From the NCBI GenBank assembly GCA_964016885.1, contig OZ024740.1:136028001-136092000 (forward strand): a DNA stretch of 64,000 bases, given 5' to 3'. The position numbers and the translations under genes are program-made. The DNA comes from Eledone cirrhosa. Taxonomy: Eukaryota. A model generated the notes under the pieces. That model did not search any database. It was not told the DNA's origin and saw only the letters and a list, made by a program, of their open reading frames with translations. Shown in pieces: positions 26,451 to 39,038 of this stretch; position 1 is the stretch's first letter, and each line of letters begins with the position of its first letter.

Positions 26451-27212
26451 TATAGAAATTGTTGTGAGCGTGAAGCCAACAGTATTTCATAATATATAAG
26501 TGACTATAACGTAGAATATGCTAAAAAGGGAATTTAAAGACAGGCTAAGTTCACCTCGTACGTAATTATGAAAAATAAACGCACATGGAGAGACATGGCT
26601 GGTGACATCAGATTGAGACGAATGTCTGTTTGCATGAAACAACAGTCAAAACATTCCGAAAAAAACTCTACCAGTGTAAGGAGTTCAGCAAAATAGCAAT
26701 ATTAGGGCGGTCTTTTTTAAAAAAAGACCGGGATTAGTCACAAATAATTTTAAGCACTCTAGGAAACTTCCGAGTATAAATATAAATTAAAGTATAGAAA
26801 TTGTTGTGAACGTGAAGCCAACAGTATTTCATAATATATAAGTGACTATAACGTCAAAATGGAAAAATAGTTAACGTAAGATGTGGGAAAATAATTCAAA
26901 CTCAATTAAAAAAAAATCAAGACATAGATTAATCCATAGAAATTTGTGAAATCCAGGTCAAAATCAATAGAGCCTTAACTCAATAAAATAAAGTTTAAAT
27001 ACTCATCCTTCAATTTGGAAAAACTACAAATGCTCTGTATAGTCTTAAAAAGACTATTTCGCGAAACTTTCAGTGGGGATGGTCACGGTTGGAACCGTTC
27101 ATCAGCAGAGCTCAAAACACGGTAACCCTAAACCCACTGTAGAATATGCCAAGAGGGGAATTTAAAGACAGGCTTGATAGCGACCACGTAATTATGAAAA
27201 ATAAACGCACAT
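26451..27212 (-). mobile_element. ORF-less partial tandem unit (~625-nt period) with hammerhead; retrozyme candidate
   Basis: Direct repeats 26451/26792, 26514/27141, 26562/27188; HHR at 27032-27111; TA flanks. Confidence 0.6.
27032..27111 (-). ncRNA. Hammerhead with 24-nt insertion between stem II and GAAA
   Basis: gctctg-CTGATGA-acggtt cc aaccgt-[gaccatccccactgaaagtttcgc]-GAAA-tagtctt ttt aagacta-TA-cagagc. Confidence 0.65.
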
Positions 27213-27224
27213 ATATATATCTTA

Positions 27225-27350
27225 CCATTCTGAGTTCAAATCCCGCCGAGGTTAACTTTGCCTTTCATCCTTACGGGGGTCGATAAAATAAAGTACCAGT
27301 AATACACTGGGCAATTGCTGGCCTTGTGCCAAAAGTAGAAACAATTATTA
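27225..27350 (+). mobile_element. SINE family A, 5'-truncated
   Basis: gagttcaaatcccgccgagg...gccttgtgccaaaagtagaaacaattat. Confidence 0.85.
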
Positions 27351-27374
27351 CTATAATATATATATATATATATA

Positions 27375-27421
<47 letters not shown>

Positions 27422-27424
27422 ATA

Positions 27425-28003
27425 TAACGAAGGAAATGTGGTAAGGAACCAGGTGGACCATAACGCACCAAAGTACTCAATACTTAGGGTAGTAGAGTGG
27501 GTAATAGGAACAAGTAAGACCCCGACGGCTGAGCTCAAGCCGTTTCGACGGCTAATTCTGTACTGAATGAAAATTTATTCTGGTATTTAAATAGCCGAAC
27601 TTATCAAGAGGTAATTCCATATATGGTCAAAGAGATAATCACCAGGATTGGTCACATCACAAGTTAGTAGTAAATCTGTGATGGCAAGTTGGTGGGGGAA
27701 GGGGTAGCTAAACTTTCCATCACAGCTGTAGCTGGCACTACCAACGCATGAATGGGTCCACTCCACCCCCTCTCCCTTTTTCTCTTACCGGCAAGTTTAG
27801 CTACTCCTTCCCCCACCAACTTGCCATCACAGATTTACTACTAACTTGTGATGTGACCAATCCTGGTGATTATCTCTTTGACCATATATGGAATTACCCC
27901 TTGATAAGTTCGGCTATTTAAATACCAGAATAAATTTTCATTCAGTACAGAATTAGCCGTCGAAACGGCTTGAGCTCAGCCGTCGGGGTCTTACTTGTTC
28001 CTA
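27425..28003. mobile_element. Fold-back unit (~210-bp arms 27504-27715 / 27793-28003, plus tail) with U3-A8 hammerheads on both strands
   Basis: Near-perfect inverted repeat; related fragments at 38211-38255, 47295-47435, 47541-47597, 60938-61150. Confidence 0.85.
27896..27989 (+). ncRNA. Hammerhead, core UUGAUAA, extended stem II (mirror copy 27519-27612 minus)
   Basis: acccc-TTGATAA-gttcggcta...tagccgtc-GAAA-cggct tgagctc agccg-TC-ggggt. Confidence 0.75.
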
Positions 28004-28058
28004 TATATAATATATATATATAATATATATATAATATATATATATATATTATATATAT

Positions 28059-28435
28059 GTTGGAAAGATGCGAAACGTGTCCTCCGCTGTTCGTTATTTT
28101 GAATATCAAAACAACGAACAGCGGAGGACACGTTTCGCACCTTGATGGATGTGAATCCGAAATATATAGGGACAATTAAATCTCTCCCAAAGTAACTCTT
28201 TCTCGTGTTGTTATTTTTATTTTTATCCTTTACGATCTTTCCTTCATTCCTCTACACGTTACAGTCTTATACACGCCACGCATCTCAACGTGCACCCACT
28301 TACATCTCTCTCCCACCACCGGATCTTGTTACCCGGATATTTACCCGTCTGCATTGTCGAGGCTTCCAAACGACTTAAAGAAATTGACCTTACCTTATTA
28401 TTCCACAATGCTTCAAGCAAACTTCAATACTCTCT
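28059..28435 (+). mobile_element. TA-flanked PLE-like 3' unit with ~33-bp hairpin (28070-28139); diverged sister copy 28843-29097
   Basis: ggat..atcc-GAAA-tata(ta)-gggac half-hammerhead and shared end ttattccacaat.cttcaagcaaacttcaata. Confidence 0.6.
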
Positions 28436-28455
28436 TATATATATATATATAATAT

Positions 28456-28510
<55 letters not shown>

Positions 28511-29166
28511 AAATAAAATTGCCACTACAGGAATTGAAGATTCAAAACCTTAGTGGTATTTCGTATATCCAATCTCATATATTTTATCTGATGAAAACGT
28601 ACTGAAACATGAAACACCATTGTGCCTTTGAAATCGAAACTATAATAAAGGAAGGTCTTCGGATTGCGTAAGGGTTATTTTTTTTATCCCATTTGTAAAA
28701 TAAGTTGGATTACTTTGAATAAATAATGAATGAATATTGCATAATTTATCTACTAAATTTCGCGGCCGTTTGGACGGCGGACAACAGAGGACACGTACCG
28801 TTCCTCTCCGACAGATAACTTTCCCCCTCGGTAAACCCCCCAGTTGATGGATGCGAAATCCGAAATATAGGGACAATTAAATCTCTCCCAAGATAACTCT
28901 CTCTCGTGTTATTATTTTTATTTTTTACGCTCTTTCCTACGTTCCTCTACACACTATACATCTCATTCTACATTCCCTTACATCTCTCTCTTCACCACCG
29001 AGATCTGTTACCCGGAGATTTACCCATCTGCTTTGTTGAGGCTTCCAAAACGACCACATCTTTTATTATTCCACAATACTTCAAGCAAACTTCAATATAT
29101 ATATATATATAATCAGAACACTGGACGGTTATATCCGTAGTAGTAGAGCACTCAGTCCATCGGACA

Positions 29167-29243
29167 AGTTTGGTACAAGTACTTCCACAACAGTTAGTTC
29201 ACCATATCGAGTATATGGTGAACTAACTGTTGTGGAACTACTT
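29167..29243. repeat. ~30-bp-arm hairpin with tail in (TA)n
   Basis: aagtacttccacaacagttagttcaccata / tatggtgaactaactgttgtggaactactt. Confidence 0.8.
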
Positions 29244-29262
29244 ATATATATATATATATATA

Positions 29263-29616
29263 GGCAAAATGGATATTTAATTTGTTGGTAATTCAATAAA
29301 TATAAATGTTTATAACTGATTCAAAGCACTCGACAGATTTTCTGGAGTATAATATTCAAAGATATTACATAAATGGAAACTATATTCATAAAACCATATT
29401 TATTCTATTATAGAATAGGATCTTAACGGTTCAAGTTGTTCCTGGATAGGAATAACTTGAACCGTTAAGATCCTATTCCTGGGTATATCAACTTTTATAA
29501 AACAAACTTTGTATTTTATCTGATGAGTGCGTACCAAAGTTTTGGTACCCTTGAAATATATATAATAGAATAAATATGGTTTTATAAATATACTTTCCGT
29601 TTATTTAATATCTTTG
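29263..29616 (+). mobile_element. Fold-back pLTR of a sister Naiad family with hammerhead 29508-29576 and internal hairpin 29412-29478
   Basis: tattttat-CTGATGA-gtgc gtaccaaa gt tttggtac cctt-GAAA-tatata-TA-atagaata; left arm similar to reverse complement of 21870-22000. Confidence 0.8.
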
Positions 29617-29626
29617 TATAAGGTTT

Positions 29627-30263
29627 TGCGTATGCTTGTGTATGTACGTATCTGTATGCGTGTATGTATTTATTTGTTTCTATTACTTCTGTATTGTATT
29701 TATTTACTTTGTTCTTAACTCTGTAGCGGAGATTCATTTGGTCTCCTAGTTAGAATTTTAGTCTACGACTTCTGCTATACCATTTACGTGGTTTTGTCTT
29801 TGCGTGCTATTGTTCTCCACGCTCCACATATGACTTATTATCTTCGTTTTCTCGTTCATTGCCAGAGAACGTCTCTATGCACCACCTAAGAGAACATTAG
29901 TCTACGACCTCTTTTATACCATAAACGTGGTTTTTTCTTTGCGCGTAATTGTTTTTCACCGCTCCTATTAATGACGTATTATTCGTTTTTCCCCGTTCTT
30001 TGCCAGCGAACGTTACCACGAACCAAAGTATCGTCTTCCTGTCTTCCTCCGGTTGCAACGTTTTTTGAAATATCCAGTTCTGCGTTTACAGATTGACTTT
30101 GTTAGTTTCAGAAGATCCCGTTAAGGGTGAAAGCAGCGATTCTTTGCTTAAACTTTAATCTGTTATTTTAATAAATATTTGCTCTACGGTTCTTATATAT
30201 TTGATATATATTTTCCTTATCGAGCCCTCTTTGGATTTTAGTCTTCAATTTTATTATTATTAC
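29627..30263 (+). mobile_element. ~635-bp non-coding element with CAGAAGA hammerhead variant (30104-30154)
   Basis: Near-identical to 53039-53673; internal ~140-bp diverged dimer; ends in (TA)n. Confidence 0.85.
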
Positions 30264-30550
30264 TATATATATATATATATATGTGTGTGTGTGCGTGTGT
30301 GTGTGTGTGTGTGTATAAATATCATTCGGGCGTGAAACTGAATGTTACGACATTGCGATAGTGTAAATTATTGATGATCAATATTAATACGAACTAAACA
30401 ACACATAATCAATCTCTATTTCCTTATAAATATACTGTGCATGTATGCGAATAAGTACTCTGTATGTGCATGCACACATACAGACACACACACTTGTATG
30501 TATATATATACATATATACATATATACATACATACATATGCGTGTGTATG

Positions 30551-30604
<54 letters not shown>

Positions 30605-31119
30605 TGCACGCAGACGAATGCGTATTTGGTCAGATATTTATTATGGTGCTGTGCACTATAGAGATAGAACTGTGAAGAAGGAAATCAAAGCAAAAGCGAT
30701 TCATGCTATATTTTCCTTTCTATCACTGTTTTTGGTAGATATACATGAATGGAGTTTATTTTAAGACTTACAAATCGATATGCTTTGCTGGCACTGAAGA
30801 TAGTTTGTCCAAGGCTGCTATTTGCTTCTCCTGTTCAGAAACAAATAGGTATTATGACAGTCCCCTTGAAATATAAACTGACACTAGCTTTTTGTTTTTA
30901 CTCTGTTTCCAACAGTGCAGCTTGGATTTTGTTCTTTTACTATCCTCACTCCAGTGTGTAAACTTGAAGTCCAGGATAAATATTAGCCGTCCAGATGCCA
31001 ACTATATAATCACGAACAGCATTGTTGTACACAATTCTGGACAAAAATCAACTTTAGACGAAGAACGATGTCTCCAACCGTTCATCCCACCCTACCTTAC
31101 CACGAGAAAAATACTAACG

Positions 31120-31425
31120 ATAACTGTTAATAATTGTTTCTACTTTAGGCACAAGGATAGCAATTTGAAGGGGAGGGGAAAGTTGATTAAATCGAACCCG
31201 TAAGGATGAAAGGCAAAGCTAACCTCGGCGGCATTTGAACTCAGAACGCAAAGGGCCATAACTCTATGTCGCTAAGCATAGAATTATGATAACTGTTAAT
31301 TGTTTCTACTTTAGGCACAAGGTCAGCAATTTGAAGGGGAAGGGAAAGTCGATTAAATCGACCCCATTACTCAGAACGTAAGAGCCATAACTCTATGCTG
31401 CAAAGCATAGTGTTCGGGATAACTG
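31120..31425 (-). mobile_element. Two deleted SINE family A copies
   Basis: gataactgttaat flanks; ttgtttctactttaggcacaagg...ctcagaacg. Confidence 0.75.
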
Positions 31426-34400
31426 TTAATAATAATCTCTTTTATTGGCCACAAGGGCACAAAAAGGACAAAAACAACCGAGAGTGCGGTTTATGTCGAG
31501 TAAAAGAAAAGAGACATTATCAAAGAGAAAATAGTAGGTATAACAATAATATTAATTTCAATAAATATTCATGATAACAATAGAAAGCCATATCAAATGC
31601 CAGCTAGGAACAGTTCCCCAATAAGGAAGGGGTGTATGATTTACGGTGATTCCAGAGCTAATTGTAATTATAAATAAATTAATAGAAAATAGGAAGGGGA
31701 AAGCGGAATACAAAACGGAATTGAACCCCCACAAGTCTAAAGTTTGAAAACAGGCAGGTCACTCACTTTGCACAAAGATAACTAACTGAAACATAAAATA
31801 ATTACTTGATATATCAAACTGACATTCAAAAGACATTAACCATTCGGTAATACAGACGAATGACAAAATAAAGCAAAAAGAAATATAGATTTAATTTACA
31901 CTTAGAGAAGATTTTAGGACATTCAATTATTGGTGGTGATATTACAATGCGTTCCCTATCTCACTTGTTTGGATTTTATAAAGCATCTGCAGTTGTTTAT
32001 ATAACACCTACCGTATCTGTCAAGAATGAATTAATGTGTATATCTGAATCAATATAATAATCTGTCAGTTGGCAAAGGTAACAAATTTCTCTTACCAGAT
32101 ATTATTTATGCAGTAGAAATACGTAAGCTATGTCATGTAATAGAGACTTAGCAATATTTCTAATATTTTTAGTCATTGTATTCTATAACGAATGCTAATT
32201 TAAAGTGTCTTCTAATAAGCGTTTTCTTATCGTGAACTTCCGAAAGGGGAGGAAGAAATATCGGAATATCCTCCAAAATGTCGAACACTCATCATCAAAA
32301 TTTTTGTGCAACATTTTACAAGTTTAAGAACTGATATTCATAAACTAAGCATACTAAGCATTCTGATTTAATCTCGGGCGTTCTTTTTTTTTTTTTTTTT
32401 GTAACATAAACAGCTCCCTGACCATCTTGATGAAGAACTACATTCATTTCTCTTGGCTCCATCTCTGATGCTATGTATGTTGACTAAAACCTAGATATTG
32501 TCTGATCTATACACTAATATGTTGCTTTTCGTTCGGAAAATGAAACTCTTTCCTCAGTCCCACTGAAACTTACTTTCTCAATTTAGTTGTTGGCTTCAGT
32601 GTTCGAGCTTTAAATCTCATTAGTGTGTTCCAGCCAAATGTCAGTCTTGCATATATAGAATATTATTTCTAAAGGTTACAACTTAATATTTCTATGGCGA
32701 TAAGTCGTCTTTAAAGCTGTCTATAATATTGAGGATATACAGAATAATATAGCTAAATATGACCCAGTTAAAAATACTCTAGGAGAATTCGTTTTCACAA
32801 ACTCAAATCATTGTGTTGTAATCTTCATCTTCGCGTTAAGTTTATAGAGATGCAGAAATATCCAGTCTGATATGACGAAATAATTATTCCTATCGTCATT
32901 CAAGAAAACTGATATCTTTATCTAAATATTTAGACCTACTCAACAATCATCTTATCTTTTTCACCAACAAGACTATGCAAATTTATATTTTCCAATATCT
33001 CTACATCTGATTTATGATTTCCAACACTAAGATATGACAAAATTTAAACTTTTTAAAGACAGTGACATAGCAAAATGACTATACTACAGTTATTCTATTA
33101 TTAAACCAATATAAAGTACCAGTAATACACTGATATAATTGCTGGCCTTGTGCCAAAAGTAGAAACAATTATTAAACCAATAGTCTTCAGGATTTACAAT
33201 AGATAATATCCTCAGTTGAATGCACTGAATGTATACTTAAGTTTTAAAAAACAACAAAGCGCTTTGTTCAGAAAATGCACTCTAATTTTGAACCAGAGTT
33301 TGACTGAAACATCGAGATTATTGTTTATATTTTTTATTCACTTTTCTAAACTGTATGCTGGAAGCTATCACGTTAGGGATATCTCCGACAGATTTAGTCT
33401 ATTTTTATCCTATTGCTGATATTATAGTGTGTCTCGGGAAAGTTTTATAACGTATCACAGAATCCTTTTCTATTTCATGTGGGGTTAACCGTTTTTGGGT
33501 AAACGCCCACTATATCTATCACCATTAATTTTCTGAGAACATTCATGTGATTTAGTAATTAGAAAATTGATAGGATCAATATTTGCGCTGATAAATGATA
33601 AAATAAACGCTGCTCTAGAGCAGGGTTTCCCAACCCACGTGTCGTGATATAATTCTGAAAGTATAAAGACATATATAGACACATATACAATACGTTTATG
33701 TATAATAAACATACATATAGTCTTGCTATTAGTACTTTAAGCGGTGATCATATCACAACTACTTCAGTGGCGGTGAATTATTATTCTTTATCACTAATTA
33801 ATTATGAAAGTGTCGCAAAGACCAATTTTTTTACGTTTAAATTATTTGATAAAATCTGAATCATTCACGAAAGTTATATAACAACATCTACAACATAACA
33901 TTTACTGCAAATAAAAAGGGAAGAATATTTCCATTCGAAAAGTATCAAATATTATGTGCAACCCATTGGAATATTTAAAAAAGATCATGGAGGATTATTG
34001 ATTTGCCAATATTGTTATTGTAGGTTAGCATACGTAAGGGTCTGATCGATCGATATTGTTTACTTTAGAAAGCAAGACATACTGCACATTTTCTGGTCCG
34101 TACAAGAAATATATCATACTGAATTTTTTATTTTTAAATAACTAATAGGAATAGACACCAGATCTTTGATAAGCGATATTTTATTCATTTAGATCAATGA
34201 TGGAAATAATGTACTATTCTGCTGATGCTATTTGTTCATATTTCCTTTTGTGAAAGTGATACTAGCTCGCCACACGTACTTAGTACACGCTAGACATACT
34301 TTCATATATCCATATATGTGTGTAATAACGATAGCTTGACTGCGTGTTGCTGGCACAACAAAGACCTTGAAAAGTATAAAGGCAAATTACGTTTATCAGT

Positions 34401-34959
34401 AGCAGCAATCTACATATAGCAAATTTATTGTCCAAACATCATTTGTTAGAAACTACTTTCCTGACAAAACACTCGATTGGGAACTATAATTCGAAACCAG
34501 TCGAAAAATAAAACAATAACTTTCGATCTAACAATTATATAGCTGTTGTATCAGTTGAGTTACTGTGCATTTCAAGAGATCTGATTATTTTCTTTGTGAT
34601 TGTACAGCTATTGTATTCTTGGCGTTCTGTGGAAGAATCATTCATTCTCACATTCTTTGTAGTTTTTATTTTTTATTCAGTCGTACGTTGCGTTCGATAT
34701 TACAGTTTGTTTCTTTTTGTCTTGTTCAGCAAGCCATGCTGGTTTATTCACTAGATACAAAGTATGGTGCAGTTCTCTATTTTCGTGGAAAGATAAAAAG
34801 GGGTGTCGCTTTCATCTCTTTTTCTGGTATTTTCTATAATAAAGATTCGGTTATTAAGCTAATTTTACATTCCTATCAATTTATCGAGCGACTCTGTTAC
34901 AAGTTTTTGGTATGAACATGTTTTGTATTTTTGTTTGTTATATTTAATATTGATATTTA

Positions 34960-35160
34960 ATTTAGGCACAAGGCCAGCAAATTTGGGGTAAGAGCAAAGT
35001 TGATTAAATTAACCCAGCATTTGATTGGTACTATATTTATTTTATCGACCTCGAAAGGGTGAAAGTCAAAGTTAACCTCGGCGAGATTTGAACTCACAAC
35101 GTAAAGAACCAGAACTAATACTGCAATGGCATTTTATCCGCCAGTTTACCAATTCTGCCT
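34960..35160 (-). mobile_element. SINE family A
   Basis: ggcacaaggccagcaa...aacctcggcgagatttgaactc. Confidence 0.8.
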
Positions 35161-36393
35161 ATCCCCTACCCTCTGTTGTTCTTAATATTCGAATCAATAG
35201 ATCGCTAGAGTGGATACTTTAATGTATCAAATTTGGCACTTAGCTGTTCTGATTTCAAGCTTCACAATGGTATGCTTTACTTTTTATCTCGTTGGAATCG
35301 AAGATATATATATACCAGTAAGATACTAGAGATACTATAATCGAGACAGTCGATTATATTTCTCTCCTTCAAAAATTGGCGTTGTGCTATTTAAATCAAT
35401 ACTAAATACATCAATATTATGCTAAAATGTTTTTAAAGTTATTTTCAACACAAAAATTTTGCTTCTTGAAATTTTTTTCTTTTAGTTTTCATTTATACAT
35501 TAAAAAAATATCTTCTTTAAACCTCGTTATCTTCATTCATTTGACATTTTATAATAGCTAAACACGCACAGAGAAGTCTATGTTCAGCATGCCATATTGC
35601 ACATTCCTTTCAACAAGGAGTGACGCCGAGATAAGACTAAAATAAGTACGTTCTTGTTAAATAAATCCTGAATATATCTCCTATGCTTCTTGCTGTATGG
35701 ACAGTTGATAAACATGGCTCGCCTGTACTTATATCTTCTTTATTTAAATAAACACCTTTTTTCATGTGATATAGATGACATCCATGTATATGAAAACTAA
35801 CCTTTTATTTTATGCACAAGTAAATAATAAGGCTAGGCGAGGAAGGAAGTATTAGGTTGAACAAATAGAAAGATTCTGCCAGTTGTTATATTTCCCGGTA
35901 GCATTACGTTATATCAACAAATTATATGGGATCAATATTGAGTTCTGTTGGACATGGTATCAAACGCCAACAGGTTGTTGAAGTGGATCACGTACATTTA
36001 ATAATGTTTCCTGAGTAATAAATATTATAATGCGTTGGAAATCACATCGTGTTCTGGTTGTTTGAATAACGGAACAGCTACCTTGTGAATTAATGTGCAA
36101 ATGATTGAGCATTCCACAGTTACGTGCAGCCTTAACGTAGTTCCCGGGAAGATTCGATGTAATATAGTGGTCCTTTGAAATTACAGGTACAACTCATTTT
36201 TTTTTTTTTTTTTTTTTTTTTTTTGCCAGCTGAATGGACTGGAACTATGTGAAATAAAAAGTCCTTCTCAAGGACACAAAGCGCTACCGGAAATCGATAT
36301 TACGACCTTATGATCATGAGCCGAACACCCTAACTACTAAACTGCGCACATTCATAATCCACTATAATAATACGTCATGTGTGTTTGTGTATA

Positions 36394-36800
36394 CGAGATT
36401 TGTCCCAAAAGTAAAGGTACTGATATTCTTATGCACGACATGGTAACGCAGCACCTCGTTGATGTATATAGGCATGATAATTATGACCTTGGCTGCACCT
36501 ACATACTTGTTTCAACATGATCATTTGAGTCAGTCATGAGTTATTGCTGTTTATGTACAGGCGTGTTTATATCCTCTGTTACAGGAAAATATGCAGAAAA
36601 TTATAGAACAACGGCGCACTATCGAATTTTGTGTGAAACTCAACAAATCTGACACGAACACATTTAATTATTTAGCACAATCTTATGGAGGTGTCACTCT
36701 ATCGAGAAGTAAGGTGTTTAAGTGGCACAGAGCTTTCAAAGAGGGCCAAGAAAATGTTGAAGACAAATTTCGTTCTGTTAGGCCAATATCGTCAAGTACC
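36394..36800 (+). pseudogene. Mariner transposon 5' relic (TIR + HTH N-terminus)
   Basis: TA|cgagatttgtcccaaaagt end; EQRRTIEFCVKLNKS...YGGVTLSRSKVFKWHRAFKEGQENVED..RS.RP. Confidence 0.8.
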
Positions 36801-37231
36801 ATCAATTTTGACCTCACCCAAAATTATTAACCTTGTGCCTAAATCAGAAACCCTTACAGAGCTTACTAAGGCGGCAGATTGGCAGAACAAAATATTGGTA
36901 GGACAAAATACTTTGCACCATATACTTACGTCCTTTACCGTTCAAACCCACCGAAGTCAACTTTACATTTCATTCTTCTGAGGTCGATAGAATGAAGTAT
37001 TTGTCAAGTATTGGGGTCCATTTAATCGATCCCCCTCTTCAAACTTCTGGACTTGGGTCTAAACAACTACAAGAACTTGAACACAAAACACAACTCGTCG
37101 GTTTCTTATATAATTTTAAGATTTCAAATTTAGACAGGAAAGAAACGAGATGCCGTTACTTCCACATCATTTATCGAAAAGTCCTTCGATCTTCAATTCC
37201 CCAAATTGTACATCACGATTATTATTATTAG

Positions 37232-37350
37232 TAGTTCAAATCCCGCCGAGGTTGACTTTGCCTTTCATCCTTACGGAGTCGATAAAATAAAGTACCAGTA
37301 ATGAACTGGGTAATTGCTGGCCTTGTGCCTAAAGTAGAAACAATTATTAT
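37232..37350 (+). mobile_element. 5'-truncated SINE family A with TSD
   Basis: attattattagtag occurs on both sides. Confidence 0.8.
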
Positions 37351-38179
37351 TAGTAGTAATTTTTCATCACCGAAGATTAGGTCATTAAATTCATTTGTTC
37401 CATATTTCAAGTGACAATAGTTAGATTTTGTAAGCTTAAAACAGAGCTTATCTCGCTCAATGTAACGATTCTTTTTTAAACAAACTAGAACTGTAATTTA
37501 TGTATTGATGTTGTTTAAACCCAAGTTGGCTATCATCTATCAGATGTATGTTCAAAGGCATTCAAGCTGTTACCATTACATCTATATTTTCAAATTACAT
37601 TTTCCAATGGTATAAAAGAACTTTGACTGCTATTTCTTTTCTCAGAGACTATGGACACAGCCCCTTCTTCCAGACCAAACCAATAAATAAAAAATGTCGA
37701 GCGACAGCGTAGAAGCTCTTTGGTTGGCTTCTTAAGAAAACGTAGAATAGACTGGATGAAGATCGTTTTTAGTTCTAACACTTAGTTTACCAATTAAAAT
37801 TAAAATCTAGCGAATACGTAGCTAAGAAATAGTATTGTTAAATTATTAAAAGAACAGAAACCTATAATTCATATTTTTTATGCTTCATTCTTAAATTCAA
37901 AACCGAATATGTTACATTCGGAAGATTTATGATGCAGATGTTTTGTGTTGTAAGCATCGCATCGAACGACACAAAACAATCTGGTTAATCTATAATAACA
38001 CAATAATGATATAATATAACTAGCAGTTTCAAAATCAGTACCAAAAGCTGATTAGATAGAGCTGTAGAAATCTTATTATATATTGGGAAAAAGATACAAC
38101 CTACATATTATGCAAGTTGAATATAGGTACCTACATACACAAACACAGACAGAAACACACGCATACTCACACACACACA

Positions 38180-38211
<32 letters not shown>

Positions 38212-38682
38212 GAAAAGATTCAGGACCCCGACGGCTGAGCTCCGGCCGTTTCGACACACACACGCGCGCGCATGCACGCACACGTATATATTGTACGAGA
38301 TACATTACATTCGTGATTAAATATGCTTATCTGAATTACATTATTTATACGACTGGAGAGAAACAATGTCAGTATGAGATTGACAGCAGTAGTAGTAGTA
38401 GATTATATCATATACGGTGGCTCCATTATACAGAGAGGGATGTGTCCCCCCAGCAATGACATCAACTGACTAAGTTAATGTTATCTCGAAAATTGGGGCG
38501 TTTTTAATAACCTAAAATGATAATTTTTGTTCGATGGGAGAAGAGTATTGTTCAAACAAGAAGTGCTGCAACTAAAATAAATGTAGTTATCTTGAGAAAA
38601 AGAAGAAATCAGATGTTTTTAACTCAGGACTTTTATTGAAGAAGTGAAGAGGGAGCTCCGTGTGTTGCAAGTGAAATATATA

Positions 38683-39038
38683 CCAGACTTGCCAACCTCT
38701 AAAAACTCAAAAGGGGAGTACCATGAAAAAAAGTTCCCCAAAACGGGGAGAAATGAGGCAAAATGGGGAGATTTTACATAATTGTTTCTACTTTTGGCAC
38801 AAGGCCAGCAATTACCCAGTGCATTACTGGTACTTTATTTTATCGACCCAGTAAGGATGAAAGGCAAAGTTAACCTCGGCGGGATTTGAACTTAGAATGG
38901 CAAGGACCGTAACTCTATGCGTCAAAGCATTGCGTCCGTAATAAAAGCTATACCCATTTTCACAAGAGAAGACATCTCTCACACACCCCAAAGTGGATGA
39001 GAGATCTCCCCATCGGACGGGGATAGTTGACAAGTCTG
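38683..39038. mobile_element. MITE copy 2 interrupted by a SINE A (~38780-38940)
   Basis: TIRs cagacttgccaac / gttgacaagtctg; SINE splits ttttacataat|gaaagcta, intact in the other copies. Confidence 0.8.

Noticed and set aside
28583-28650. CTGATGA...GAAACTATA hammerhead-like motif
   Set aside because: Stem II does not pair convincingly and stem III lacks the C-G pair; at best a decayed copy
31430-36000. Long repeat-poor AT-rich stretch as a possible gene or regulatory region
   Set aside because: No credible ORF, splice pattern or RNA structure could be supported from sequence alone
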